IMG/VR virus record: IMGVR_UViG_3300046004_001366 | Span: 1-52,361 of that record | DNA: 52,361 nt | Direction: 5' to 3' (one strand) | DNA from: a virus | Taxonomy: Duplodnaviria > Caudoviricetes | Shown here: positions 1 to 10,300 of the stretch, in pieces | Position numbering within the stretch: position 1 is the stretch's first letter | Layout: each line of letters starts with the position of its first letter | Translations under genes and position numbers: made by a program | The notes under the pieces: generated by a model | Told to the model about the DNA's origin: nothing | The model's database searches: none | Seen by the model: the letters and a program-made list of their open reading frames with translations, nothing else

Positions 1-792
1 CTTGATGCTTTCTCCCGCATCCTGCCAGTTCACCGGACCGTGCGTGATGCCACCTTTGTCATCGAAGAACCGAAAGCTATCTCTGTCACCGTCACTGATG
101 CCTCAAAGGCGATTGTCATTGGAACATTTTTCCCATTTGGCGCTTATGCTTCCGCTTCTGACCTGCCGGGCCGGGGCGTCATCCTGGCCGGAGACACCAA
201 GCTGAATCGGTTGCTCTCCAGTACGGAGATGATCGAGCATTACATGGGCGCTTCTGGTTCCGTGTCCGCCATGCTTTACAGCGATGGCATACCCATTGGA
301 CACCGGGCTGACCAATTGGCCGGGATTCCCTATTTCACTCCATCGACCTCATCCCAAAGACACCACCTAATTCACGTTGATGATGCACGGTCATGGACTG
401 CAAACGCTTCCGTCCACACGGGCCAACCTGCTTATTGGTGGGTCGATCCGTTTGGCGGGAGTGATGCGCTGGCTACGTCGTGGCTTCTCCGGCTTCATCC
501 GCTGCCTACCGGGCGTGGGATTCTAAGCGTGCCAATGAAGCAGTTCCCGGCCAGTGTGACCCTGACAGATTTGCACATCACGCCGCGAGCTTTGCCCATC
601 CAAGAGCTTGAGGAAGGACACCTCGCCAACATCTGTGCTGCCTACCTGATTACCTGCCCACTCTGGAAGGAGACCGTCAATAAGGCTGATGTGCGCGCCA
701 AGGCTGACGATTCCCGCCGCGCCATGGAGGCACGATCCAATCACAACCCGTCTGGATTCCCTAACCGAGTTCACACCCGCCCCGGATACTGA
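1..792 (+). CDS. Virion structural protein, possibly head-tail adaptor (5' truncated)
   Basis: Frame is open from base 1 (LDAFSRILPVHRTVRDATF...). Lies upstream of the tail genes; function inferred from position only. Confidence 0.5.
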   Translation, partial: LDAFSRILPVHRTVRDATFVIEEPKAISVTVTDASKAIVIGTFFPFGAYASASDLPGRGVILAGDTKLNRLLSSTEMIEHYMGASGSVSAMLYSDGIPIGHRADQLAGIPYFTPSTSSQRHHLIHVDDARSWTANASVHTGQPAYWWVDPFGGSDALATSWLLRLHPLPTGRGILSVPMKQFPASVTLTDLHITPRALPIQELEEGHLANICAAYLITCPLWKETVNKADVRAKADDSRRAMEARSNHNPSGFPNRVHTRPGY

Positions 793-796
793 TTCT

Positions 797-1195
797 ATGC
801 TTGTCCCACTCTCCAAGCTCGACCACTACATTGCTGAGACAATTCTCGCGGTTCAACGCGCTCGCGCTCATGTGGCGGCGCAGTCGGTGCCGATTGATAC
901 CGACCCGCCCGAGTCGGTGCAGTTCAGTATCCAAGTGATCGACGACACCGCCCCGGCCATCAATGCCGCAGAGTCGCAGTCGATTGAACCAGAGACGACG
1001 CAGACGCAGACGCAGGGAACCGACTCCAGCACCAGCACGACGAAGCAACACGCCGTGACCACGGAGGAAACGCAAGTCAATGAGGTTGATACGACCGTAT
1101 TCAATCAACCCGGAGGTGGCAGCATATTGGTCAATGAACTGCATATGCAATACAATGGCCGAAACGTCACAACCACAACGGAGGAAACACTATAA
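797..1195 (+). CDS. Hypothetical Thr/Gln-rich protein
   Basis: ATG at 797, just after the previous stop; TAATG coupling to the next ORF. Confidence 0.6.
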   Translation: MLVPLSKLDHYIAETILAVQRARAHVAAQSVPIDTDPPESVQFSIQVIDDTAPAINAAESQSIEPETTQTQTQGTDSSTSTTKQHAVTTEETQVNEVDTTVFNQPGGGSILVNELHMQYNGRNVTTTTEETL

Positions 1196-1446
1196 TGGCT
1201 ACTTCATCGTCACAAAAACAGGGCGGTCAAGACTCAGCGGTAACCATTACGCCGAAGAAAACGACCACCAGCAAGCGGGTTCAGCCGGAGCAAGTCAGCA
1301 TTGTGACGCAGGTTGGACAACCCAAGACCAGCACCACGGTTATTGCCGCATCCACGAAGCGCAGCGTCCAAGTCGAAAAGGTGGGCTTCACTCTGTCTTT
1401 CGCCATCAAAATCAACAATTCCCTGCCGCCTAAACTCCTCTCCTGA
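1195..1446 (+). CDS. Hypothetical Thr/Ser/Lys-rich protein
   Basis: TAATG overlap with the upstream ORF; tight operon packing. Confidence 0.55.
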   Translation: MATSSSQKQGGQDSAVTITPKKTTTSKRVQPEQVSIVTQVGQPKTSTTVIAASTKRSVQVEKVGFTLSFAIKINNSLPPKLLS

Positions 1447-1448
1447 TT

Positions 1449-1757
1449 ATGTCCTTACTCTCTACCATCTCCGTCGATGATGGCACCCTGGCCGGTGTCG
1501 TTGAAATTGTGCCCGCCTTGCCGGTCGGCCAGTCGCGTAACTTCGTGATCCTTGGCCGGACAGACACGGGCACTGACAAGCTCGCGCTCAGTGTCGGTCT
1601 TCATAAATTCTCCTTCGGCGAGGCTGCGCTCTGGATTGCTGCGGGCGAACGACTCGTTTTCACCCCTGATGACGTGCTCTGGCCGCTCATCTCCCAAGGT
1701 ATCTTCGGCATCTGCGACACAGGTGTAACTGTCTCCGTCAACGTCCAACTCGGCTAA
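1449..1757 (+). CDS. Hypothetical virion protein
   Basis: Tightly packed 102-aa ORF in the structural operon. Confidence 0.6.
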   Translation: MSLLSTISVDDGTLAGVVEIVPALPVGQSRNFVILGRTDTGTDKLALSVGLHKFSFGEAALWIAAGERLVFTPDDVLWPLISQGIFGICDTGVTVSVNVQLG

Positions 1758-1764
1758 TACCATT

Positions 1765-2454
1765 ATGGGACTCGAAATTCACACAAAACCCTCATCTGGC
1801 GGAGGCGGCGGAGAGACCAACCTCGGCAGAACCCTTTCGGCAACGCAGGTTGTTGTCACCTCAGACACAGGAACGGATGCGACTATTCCAGCCGCAGACA
1901 CGACCAATGCGGGCGTGATGACCAAGGCAATGTATGACAAGCTCGCCGGCATCGAGGCAAGTGCGGATGTTACTGATGCGGGCAATGTTGGTTCGAGCAT
2001 TCATGGAGCAACGGCCAAGACAACGCCGGTCGATGCCGACACCGTTGGGTTGATCGACTCCGCTGCGTCCAACGTCTTGAAAAAGGTGACTTGGGCAAAC
2101 ATCAAGGCGACGTTGAAAGCCTACTTTGACAATATTTACGCGAGCACCGTTTACGCCAACACTGACATTGGTACAGGCACACTCACAGTCGATACGGCGA
2201 ACGGTCTTCGTCAAAAGGTCAACATGACTGGAAACATCACTGTTGCCGCTCCAGCAAATCCTGTCGCCGGAATGGAGTTGTCACTCGCATTGACTGCCAC
2301 TGGAGGGAGCGCACGCACGATCACTTTAGGTTCCATCACAGTTCCCACAGGATACACCTTCTCTGGCGTAGTTGCTTCCGGCAGCGTTCGTCGCTTGAAG
2401 GTCTATTACACCGGAAGCGCATGGCTGTTAACCTCTAACCTGGAGTTCACATAA
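1765..2454 (+). CDS. Tail fibre / fibre-associated protein
   Basis: Contains segments typical of phage fibres (IPAADTTNAGVMTKAMYDKLAGI; KTTPVDADTVGLIDSAASNVLKKVTWANIKATLK); Gly/Thr-rich. Confidence 0.7.
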   Translation: MGLEIHTKPSSGGGGGETNLGRTLSATQVVVTSDTGTDATIPAADTTNAGVMTKAMYDKLAGIEASADVTDAGNVGSSIHGATAKTTPVDADTVGLIDSAASNVLKKVTWANIKATLKAYFDNIYASTVYANTDIGTGTLTVDTANGLRQKVNMTGNITVAAPANPVAGMELSLALTATGGSARTITLGSITVPTGYTFSGVVASGSVRRLKVYYTGSAWLLTSNLEFT

Positions 2455-3296
2455 TGCCCCTCTACTTCTCCAATACGGCTGATCAAGATCCAAATAATGC
2501 TAATAACTGGTGGGATGGCATCGGTGGAACAGGGACAAATGGTATACCCCCGTCTGGCTCAGACAACTGTATTATCGAGGCAGGCCAGACTTGCTCGACT
2601 AGCAACTTCATTTATTCAAGTCTAACTGTAGAAGGAACGCTCACGCTCAATGACTCAGGTAAGACTGTTGCGAGTGTAAGCGGTGCCGTCACGGATAACT
2701 ACGGCACCATTTCATCAAATGTTGGGACTATCGTGACAAATGCAGTCGGTGGAACCGTTGGGGATAACTACGGCGTTGTTACGTATAACTATGGAGGTAT
2801 TAGTAATCGCCAATCAGGTGGATCGACGACTAATGAATACGAGATCGCAAGCATCCCATCCGGTTATACTGTGTTTTCTTTGGTGGCAAGTGATTCCGGT
2901 ATTATCAATAATGGCACGATTACAAACCTAAATAACGTAATCGGCACTAATAATGGAACAATCGTAGATATTGGTAACACAGGGCAGCTTGATAACAACG
3001 CTGGAGGAGTGACGGCGAATCATGGTTCGATTTCGTTTAACAGCGGTTCAGGAACGGTAACAACCAACTACGGGCAAGTCTATGAAAATTCTGGGACTGT
3101 TACGACTAATCACAGTTCAGGCACAGTAACCAACAACAACTATACTGGAACCATTGCTAACCAAAATGGGACATTGCGTATTGGCAACGTCACGGGTGGT
3201 TCTGGCAACCTTGCGGCGGCGTCTACCACAAATCTTTCCTCTCAGGCCGCAGGTGCAAACGTCACTCTTCCAACCGGTAACACTACTTGGTGGTAA
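2454..3296 (+). CDS. Asn/Gly/Thr-rich beta-solenoid protein, putative receptor-binding protein
   Basis: Repeating N-x-G-T-[VI]-T-x-N units; visibly more AT-rich than its flanks; TAATG-coupled to the fibre gene. Confidence 0.6.
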   Translation: MPLYFSNTADQDPNNANNWWDGIGGTGTNGIPPSGSDNCIIEAGQTCSTSNFIYSSLTVEGTLTLNDSGKTVASVSGAVTDNYGTISSNVGTIVTNAVGGTVGDNYGVVTYNYGGISNRQSGGSTTNEYEIASIPSGYTVFSLVASDSGIINNGTITNLNNVIGTNNGTIVDIGNTGQLDNNAGGVTANHGSISFNSGSGTVTTNYGQVYENSGTVTTNHSSGTVTNNNYTGTIANQNGTLRIGNVTGGSGNLAAASTTNLSSQAAGANVTLPTGNTTWW

Positions 3297-3313
3297 CTTA
3301 ATCTAAAACTCCT

Positions 3314-3601
3314 ATGATTCTTACATCACAGCCAATCACAGTCGGCAGCGTCACCGCAACCGAAACCACGGTCAACCTGATCCTCAACACTCAACTAGGT
3401 TCAGCGGGAAACAAAACCACTGCTAATATCATCGGTCAGCGCTTCATCCGCGACGGTTCCACCACAATCCCAATCGGTGTCGCGATCAATAAAGGCTACG
3501 CCGACGTCTTCGCAACTGCCGCAACTTCCCCGGCCATCGCTGCCGAAGTCCAAATCATCTTCGATTCCCTCGCCCGCCTTGCTCCTCTCCTCGGACTTTA
3601 A
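3314..3601 (+). CDS. Hypothetical protein (possible fibre chaperone)
   Basis: 95-aa ORF directly after the putative receptor-binding gene. Confidence 0.55.
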   Translation: MILTSQPITVGSVTATETTVNLILNTQLGSAGNKTTANIIGQRFIRDGSTTIPIGVAINKGYADVFATAATSPAIAAEVQIIFDSLARLAPLLGL

Positions 3602-3613
3602 TTCAACCGCTCT

Positions 3614-3928
3614 ATGTCTGACAAAGCTCTCAAATGGGTATTGACTGTCATCGGTGTCATCACCGGTCTTGGCACCATTGGCTCCAATGTCATCAGCCTT
3701 GGGGAAATCAAAGGCAGCATTATGACCATGCTCCAAGCGCATGAGAGACGACTCGAAGAGCACGCCAAGCAGTTTGAGCGCCAAGCAAATCAACTCTCTG
3801 CCGCCGAGCGGCAGATTGACCGCATCAAAGACCGTGTCGGTATCGCCAGCCTAAAACCTGACTCCTCCGCCACGGCGGCAAACCCTCCCCCCTGCACAGA
3901 AAACGAACCCGAACAACAAACACACTAG
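3614..3928 (+). CDS. Membrane-anchored coiled-coil protein (lysis-associated, holin-like)
   Basis: N-terminal hydrophobic helix (WVLTVIGVITGLGTI) followed by a coiled coil; first gene of the lysis cluster. Confidence 0.55.
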   Translation: MSDKALKWVLTVIGVITGLGTIGSNVISLGEIKGSIMTMLQAHERRLEEHAKQFERQANQLSAAERQIDRIKDRVGIASLKPDSSATAANPPPCTENEPEQQTH

Positions 3929-3934
3929 ATCCCC

Positions 3935-4105
3935 ATGCAAGCTATCAACTACGTCACCGGCCACTGGTCGGAAATTTGCTCCGGTGCCGCCGGATTTGTC
4001 ATCTTCGCCCGTGTCGTCGTCAAGCTGACGCCAACGCCAAAGGATGACACTGTCCTCGAAAAAGTGGTCAACTTTGTGAAGCACCTCGGTCTCCACATCA
4101 AATGA
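3935..4105 (+). CDS. Small holin-like membrane protein (56 aa, not in the ORF track)
   Basis: MQAINYVTGHWSEICSGAAGFVIFARVVVKLTPTPKDDTVLEKVVNFVKHLGLHIK: a TM helix followed by the TPTPKDD motif common in small phage holin-like proteins; ATGA overlap with the next gene. Confidence 0.65.
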   Translation: MQAINYVTGHWSEICSGAAGFVIFARVVVKLTPTPKDDTVLEKVVNFVKHLGLHIK

Positions 4106-4371
4106 CGTTCCTCGCCGCTCTCACTGCCGCCCTGCGTGCCTTCCCCTTGTGGCTGGCGTGGCAGGTGACAAGAGAGAGCGAGAGCCTCGTGAAAGAGATC
4201 ATCGCCCATGAAGCCGCCAATACTCCTACTGCTAGTCGTCTCGCTGACGAGTTGCGTATCAACCTCGCCTACCGTCGCCGACTCCATGACGCTCTATGCC
4301 CCGCCGTTCCTGCATATCGCGGCAGGGACGGTGGTGCAAACGTCACAAGGGCTGTACCGGTCGCAGAGTGA
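4102..4371 (+). CDS. Putative inner-membrane spanin (Rz-like)
   Basis: N-terminal hydrophobic segment plus helical region; overlapped in another frame by a lipoprotein ORF. Confidence 0.55.
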   Translation: MTFLAALTAALRAFPLWLAWQVTRESESLVKEIIAHEAANTPTASRLADELRINLAYRRRLHDALCPAVPAYRGRDGGANVTRAVPVAE

Positions 4372-4432
4372 CGAGGTGTGGCACTCTGACGCCGAGTACC
4401 AGCGCCGGGTGCGCGAGTCGCTCAAACCCTGA
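4208..4432 (+). CDS. Putative outer-membrane lipoprotein spanin (Rz1-like)
   Basis: Signal peptide with lipobox (MKPPILLLLVVSLTS-C); overlaps the Rz-like gene. Confidence 0.65.
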   Translation: MKPPILLLLVVSLTSCVSTSPTVADSMTLYAPPFLHIAAGTVVQTSQGLYRSQSDEVWHSDAEYQRRVRESLKP

Positions 4433-4445
4433 AACAATACCCACC

Positions 4446-4553
4446 ATGACCATGCTCGCCGCGCTCCTGTCTGATGCCGCTCTCGCCATGGGCATGGCAT
4501 CGTTCATCCTATTTTTGGTCATAATGATACCTCTAGCCATCTTCCGCTCATGA
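4446..4553 (+). CDS. Small single-TM peptide (35 aa)
   Basis: MTMLAALLSDAALAMGMASFILFLVIMIPLAIFRS; ATGA overlap with the endolysin. Confidence 0.4.
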   Translation: MTMLAALLSDAALAMGMASFILFLVIMIPLAIFRS

Positions 4554-5281
4554 CACCCATCGACTTCGTCAAAGAATTTCAGCGCCGTAACAAACTTGAA
4601 CCGGATGGCGATCCAGGTCGCGACACACTCGGAGCACTGAACCGACTGCTGCCCCAGCAACCAACCACAGTCATCCCGGCATCACAGACCGGCCTGAATC
4701 AATCACCCGCCGAGAAACTGGCCGCGTGCATCATTGCTGAAGCCAAACGCTTCTGCGGTTTGCAGGAAGTCAGGCCAAACCAGAATTGGGACAACCCTGC
4801 CACCAAAGGGCCGGATACCGCCATCGTCGCCGAACTCATCGCCGGAATGCGCCAGTCGCCTTGGGAGCCGGGATGGGCATACTGCGCGGCATTTGCCGAG
4901 GCGATGGTTGCCAAGGGGCTTGAGCAATTCGGCGCCACGCCTGCGCAGATTGCCAAATTCAGGGCGGTCATGTCTCCTCACTGCATGACCTCCGCAGCAG
5001 CATTTGCGCGCCTCAACCTGTTGTCATCCGCCCCGGTAGCAGGTGCTATCTGGCTGGCTCAACACGGCAGCTCGAACAACGGCCATGCCGGTATTTGCAC
5101 GCTGCCGCACTCGCCGAACATGGACACCATCGAAGCCAATACGGGCGGCAACGGCACCGGCAGTCAGCGCGAGGGCGATTGGATCACACACAAAATCCGG
5201 CCCATCGCTGGACCGGGAGACCTTCACACGAAGGGCTTTGTCCATCCTGTCGCCATTCTCAAAATCTGCGGTTTGGCTTAG
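4550..5281 (+). CDS. Endolysin: peptidoglycan-binding domain + CHAP amidase/peptidase
   Basis: FQRRNKLEPDGDPGRDTLGAL (PG-binding signature); CHAP motifs WAYCAAF, GHAGI and TIEANT. Confidence 0.85.
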   Translation: MTPIDFVKEFQRRNKLEPDGDPGRDTLGALNRLLPQQPTTVIPASQTGLNQSPAEKLAACIIAEAKRFCGLQEVRPNQNWDNPATKGPDTAIVAELIAGMRQSPWEPGWAYCAAFAEAMVAKGLEQFGATPAQIAKFRAVMSPHCMTSAAAFARLNLLSSAPVAGAIWLAQHGSSNNGHAGICTLPHSPNMDTIEANTGGNGTGSQREGDWITHKIRPIAGPGDLHTKGFVHPVAILKICGLA

Positions 5282-5338
5282 TTTCCAATATCCATTCCCA
5301 TCCTTTCCTGATAAGAAACCAAACACCCATAGCACCCC

Positions 5339-6016
5339 ATGAACATCACAGACGGAACCAAAGGCATTGCCTACAAAGCTAATATCCGCTTCTCCACTGA
5401 GGCGGCAGTCCATCAAGAAACCGACGACCACACGATTCTGGTTGATGCAACCTCCGCAGCCGCCGTGCTTTGGCTTCGGCAAGCTGAAGAAGGCCGCGTC
5501 ATCTGCCTGAAGAAGGTCGATAGCAGCGCCAACGCCATCACGATTCAATCATCGGCAGGCGAAACCATCAACAGCGCTGCAACACTGACCCTGAGCGGGC
5601 CGGGCCAGTCGGTCACGCTGCAAGGCCGTGACGGGTCGTGGGTGGTGATCTCCGAGCAAACCACGCTCACCGCTCCATCTGTCACCGTCGCCAACCACGC
5701 CACGCCCAACGGTAACGCCTACATCACCTTGCAGGCCGTTGACGCCCAGGGCAACGCGCTGGCAAAGCGTGTGCTCTTCAAGGTGTGGCTTGCCGCTACG
5801 GCGCACGCTGCTCCTGCGGACCTCGGCACCCTCACGGCGACCACCGGCACGATCCTGAAAGAGGACACTGACGACGCTCTTGCCACCGTGGCATCTGACG
5901 CCAATGGCACAGCCGTTCTTGTGCTCGATGTTGCTACCACTTCCGCCATTCACGCAATGGCCGAGTGCAATGGCATGGTCGGTACCAGTTCCGTTTCAGT
6001 GACCGCCGTCCCGTAA
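5339..6016 (+). CDS. Virion structural / fibre-like beta protein
   Basis: ILVDATSAA...GRVICLKKVDSSANAITIQ...ETI, a segment commonly seen in phage fibre/collar proteins. Confidence 0.55.
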   Translation: MNITDGTKGIAYKANIRFSTEAAVHQETDDHTILVDATSAAAVLWLRQAEEGRVICLKKVDSSANAITIQSSAGETINSAATLTLSGPGQSVTLQGRDGSWVVISEQTTLTAPSVTVANHATPNGNAYITLQAVDAQGNALAKRVLFKVWLAATAHAAPADLGTLTATTGTILKEDTDDALATVASDANGTAVLVLDVATTSAIHAMAECNGMVGTSSVSVTAVP

Positions 6017-6030
6017 ACCATCCCTCCACC

Positions 6031-6071
6031 GGATAGCGGGCGTTGCATCCATGCGCCCGCTATCCATTTCT
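6031..6071 (+). terminator. Stem-loop, probable intrinsic terminator
   Basis: 12-bp stem GGATAGCGGGCG/CGCCCGCTATCC followed by ATTTCT, directly after the stop at 6016. Confidence 0.55.
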
Positions 6072-6085
6072 ATCAATTACGGATG
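6061..6085. promoter_or_regulatory. TATCC-N15-GGAT(A/G) palindromic site, copy 1
   Basis: TATCCATTTCTATCAATTACGGATG, upstream of the 6124 ORF and the giant gene. Confidence 0.5.
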
Positions 6086-6123
6086 CACTTGGCGAGTCTC
6101 GCGCTACTCTTCCGAACACGATC

Positions 6124-7332
6124 ATGTCCGCCATCCTACTTAAAACGCTCCAGGGTTTGATGCAAAACGCCGCTGACAAACAGGCAACGGCTCAACCTGA
6201 TGTCACGCCAGCACAACCGGAAGCCGCGCAACCGGAAGCCGCGCAACCGGAAGCCGCCAACGATGGGTCTTCAGCATTCAGCCGCTTTTACAGCGAGCAA
6301 ATCGCCGGTTCGCGAGGGGTGAACAAATCTATGCGCGGAGGGAAGATTCTCGGCGGTCGATTCCACGGCAAAACGCCTGAGCAAGCCAGAGAACTCCTGC
6401 GCCAAGAGTTCGCCTCAATGGATGATGCGACCAAGGCCGATTACGCCAGTCGAGCAAGTGGTGCGGACCTGAAGCCCAATTCTTCGGCCCTGCCCTTCGC
6501 GCAATCACCTACCACGTCCATGACTGGCATGGATGGCAAAACCGTGAAGTTTGGGCAATCACCAAGCGCGCCAGCCCGTGCGGAAGCAATGCAGGCACAA
6601 ACCGCCGCAGCCTCACAGGCTGGCGCGGATGCTGTGAAGTATGCGCAAGCCGCCCAAGCTGCTGACCCGGTAGGTGTTGCCAAGCGGGCGCAAGCCGCCA
6701 AGTCTGCCGTTCTTGGCAAGGATGGCATCACCGACATGGGAGGCGGAACCATGGCGATGCAGAATCAGTACGGCTCGGGATTTGCTCAACAGATCGACGC
6801 AAGCAAGCCTCGCGCTCCCGGTCGTATCTTCGATGAGAAGGGCGAGGTTGATATGCCGATTATGATGGCAAAAAAAGGCCAACAGGTCGATGCCAAAGGC
6901 CGCGCTAACTCCATTCAGTACATGGAGAATGGGGGCGACGCTATCGGCGCGGGTGTCTCTGGCAATATCCAACAGAGCATTGCTGATGCTGCGCCCGGTA
7001 TGGAAGGGCGACGTTCGGCAGACATCGCAAGGTCTGCTGCCATTTTCTCTGGCGCTTTGCCTCCAGCATTCCGCCGACCCGATGACAATGCGCCAGGAAT
7101 TGCGCGCACTCCCGCCCCTGTGGACGATACACCCGGAGCCTCTGCCGCTGCTGCACATGCAGGCATGATGAGTATCAAGCCTGCCGCGCCTACTGTGACA
7201 GGGCAAGCCGTGGACTCTGCGATTGCCGGGCTTCCGCCATCTCTGCGTGTAGCGCAAATTGCCAAGGTTCAGCCTGCTGCCCGCCCCGGACCTCTCCCGC
7301 CAAGTTACGGCGTGCCCAAAATTACCCGTTAA
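6124..7332 (+). CDS. Ala/Gln/Pro-rich putative internal virion (ejection) protein
   Basis: ATG at 6124; low complexity; directly precedes the giant protein. Confidence 0.6.
   Translation: MSAILLKTLQGLMQNAADKQATAQPDVTPAQPEAAQPEAAQPEAANDGSSAFSRFYSEQIAGSRGVNKSMRGGKILGGRFHGKTPEQARELLRQEFASMDDATKADYASRASGADLKPNSSALPFAQSPTTSMTGMDGKTVKFGQSPSAPARAEAMQAQTAAASQAGADAVKYAQAAQAADPVGVAKRAQAAKSAVLGKDGITDMGGGTMAMQNQYGSGFAQQIDASKPRAPGRIFDEKGEVDMPIMMAKKGQQVDAKGRANSIQYMENGGDAIGAGVSGNIQQSIADAAPGMEGRRSADIARSAAIFSGALPPAFRRPDDNAPGIARTPAPVDDTPGASAAAAHAGMMSIKPAAPTVTGQAVDSAIAGLPPSLRVAQIAKVQPAARPGPLPPSYGVPKITR
6211..6258 (+). repeat. 15-bp coding tandem repeat x3 (AQPEA)
   Basis: gcacaaccggaagcc gcgcaaccggaagcc gcgcaaccggaagcc. 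Confidence 0.85.
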
Positions 7333-7361
7333 TCCCCCAACTCCCCTACCACATACCTCCT

Positions 7362-10300
7362 ATGGCTCTGCCTTTTGGAATCCCGAACGTCTCTTCTCGC
7401 CCTACCGGAACGCCTGCCCCAAGCCTACCTTTTGGTCCGCCTCCAAGCAAGTCTGACCCAATGAGCGCCACGAATATGGCGGCTCAAGGCGTGAATCCTC
7501 TCTATTACGGGGGAAGCGAAGCTTTGGCAGCAGATCACAACCGGGATGCAGCATGGAACCTCGAACGCGAGAACCATGATCGCGCAGTTGCTCAAGCTGA
7601 CAAGATGGCGAAGGACCGCCAAAGCGAGTTTGATGCCGCCGAAGCCGAGCGCGTGAAAGCTCGCGATGAACAGAACGAGCGCGATGTTGCGCAAGCATCT
7701 CTTGCGGAAGCGACTGCGCCCAAGACTCTCACGGACTCGCAACGTCGAGACGCGGAAGAGACGGCCAAGAAGAAGTCTGATGAAGCCAAGCGTGCCGCAA
7801 TTGGCGGTATGCAGACCAGTTTGGAACCCATCGCCTCCCAAACACAGGGCGGATTCCTTGGATTCGGGGCAGAGCCGACAGACGCAGCCAAGGAGGCAAC
7901 CGCCAAAATTCAGGCGCTCCAGAACCAAGAGGTCTCGGATGCCGACCTTGCCGAATATCGCAAAGCCCATCCTGAAACCTTTGCCGAGTTGGACAGAGTA
8001 CAGGCAACAATCACACAGGACGACGCTGCCCGTGCGGCTCGCAAGCCTGCCGAGGTGGCACTTGCACGCGCAAAGGCCATCAAGGCCGGTCTCTCTCCCG
8101 AAGAAGCGGACGCTCAACTTGCCTCACAGTCGCCACAAAGCGCAGATCCCAAGATTGCCGACATGCAACGTGTGGCAGCGTCAGGGCTGATGGAGCGTGA
8201 GCAAGCGCGTATCGGTGAACTCACGCAGCGCATCCAAGATCGACACAATAAATTGGCCGAGATTGACGCGGAATCGCAAAACATCGAGCAACGCCTCATT
8301 CAGGGCGGAACTGCCGCGCAGATTGGACCACTCACGCAGCGCAGGCATGAACTCATCGCCCAGCGCAAAGCCGAGCAGGTCGCTATTGCCAATGAGAGCG
8401 AAGCGGCCGCAGGCGCTCAACGGGCCATTGAGATTCGTCGCCAGCGCATCCAGGAGGCAGAAGCAATGCAGGGCAAGGGGGTGGATGCCCCAAGCGCTAC
8501 GGGCTACCTTCCAGCCAAAGACCCGGCCAAGGCAACTGAGGAAGTGCGTGCAGCCAAGAAGGCTGATGCAGAGAAAGCGATTGGCGTTCTCAGTGACCGA
8601 TCCAAGCAGCGTGCAGACGCCGCCCGCGCAGCAAGCGAGCAGGTCGAGGCGCAAGTCCGCACCGGTAAGATCACGCCGGAGGTTGGGGCGCAATTACGCG
8701 AGAAGGCCATCGAAAAGTCCATGCAGGACTTTGATGCGCAGTTCGACGAGGACAAGAGCACGCTCGCCGACAGTCTCGATGACTACGCGGCAGGCACCAT
8801 TGATGCGGATACCCTCAACTCCATCTTTCACGCCGCAGGAGCCGCAAAGTCTGGCGTGGAGTCATTTCGTGACAACGCTGACAATCTCAAAAAGAAGGAC
8901 GAGACCTTGGAGGCGCTTCAAAAAGTGGCTTTGGGCGATGACAACGGCAACAGCAATCCTTCTCTCAACGGTGAAGAGATGAGGCTTCTCAGTGAGATTG
9001 CCGGACACGAAAGCGACGCAAACAATCCCCTCAACTGGAAGGCTAAAGCAACGTCTGTGACTACCGACGAATATGGTCGTTCGCATGATGTGTTCTCGGA
9101 GGCTGATTATGAAAAGCTCCGGTCGCAGTCGAAACAAGCCGCGCTCGACGGGAAGAAACAACTCACTGAGCTTCGTGCAGCCAATCGCGCCAAGATGGTC
9201 GCTGAATTGGAGAAGCGCGGCATCACTGACCCCGGTGAACAGGCGCAACTCATTGTTGAGGCTGACCTGAAGGCGGCAAGCAAGGCGCGCCCAGGTATCG
9301 CCGCCAATGTCGCTGCCCGTGGTGGCATTGCTGCAACACTCGCGCAAAAACTGCCGTTCGCCGGGGGTGTTGTCGAGGCGAGCCGTATCCTGCCGTATGC
9401 AGCCACGGCGATTGCCTTGGAAGCCGGGCAGACTCCACCGGTCGAAGACTTGGAAGCGCTGGCCGCGTTTGCAAAGTTCGCGGGCACGGATTCAACTTTC
9501 TGGTCAAAGACGGCAGATGTCGTCTCGGCGCTGCCGGGTTTCGTAATCGAACTGAATACCACGGGTGGCATTGCTACCGCAGTGAAGAAAGTCGGTTTGG
9601 AGGGGATGAAGAAAGCCCTCACGGGTTTGGCATCTGTTCAGGGGCGCAAGCAACTCGCCGCCGCCATCGCACGCGCCAGCGCGGAGAACATTGGCAAACT
9701 CGGCTCCAAGAAGGTGCTGGCAATGCGCCTTGGCTCTGGACTCGCTCAAGAGGCGGTCCGCCTTGCCCCTGCCTCTGCCGGGCGCATCGCTTCCAAGTTC
9801 ACCCAAGACACGGCGCTGAGCGGTGTCAACCTTTCGCCCGTAGAGGGCAAACTCGCCGCCAGCATGAACATGGAGAACCGGCGCGGCTCTGGCGGTCGTC
9901 TTCTTGATGCCGTTGTGGACAGCTACATCGAGAACGTCTCGGAACGTAGCGGCAAATACGTCATGGGTGCCTTGGGCATGATTGGCAAGAAGGTGTTACC
10001 ACAAGCAGTTTCCGGCTTCTTTGCCAAGGCAGGCAATGCCGCTAAAGATGGGATGCTGCGCGCTGCTTTTGTGAAGTCGCTGATGGCGAAGAACCCAGGC
10101 ATTGAGCCGCTCAAGCTGCAACGCTACCTCAAGGGCGCGAACATTGGCGGCACCATCGAGGAAATGATGGAGGAACGAGTCGGAGGCGCAGCCCGTGATG
10201 CGTATGCCGCCATCACGACAGGCCGCGATGACAACAAGGTTCTCGGCTACATCACCAAGCCGACCATGGAAGACTTGCTTGTGGAGTTGGTCTCCTTCTC

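Noticed and set aside
1765-3296. Diversity-generating retroelement acting on the fibre genes
   Set aside because: No reverse transcriptase and no TR/VR repeat pair were seen.
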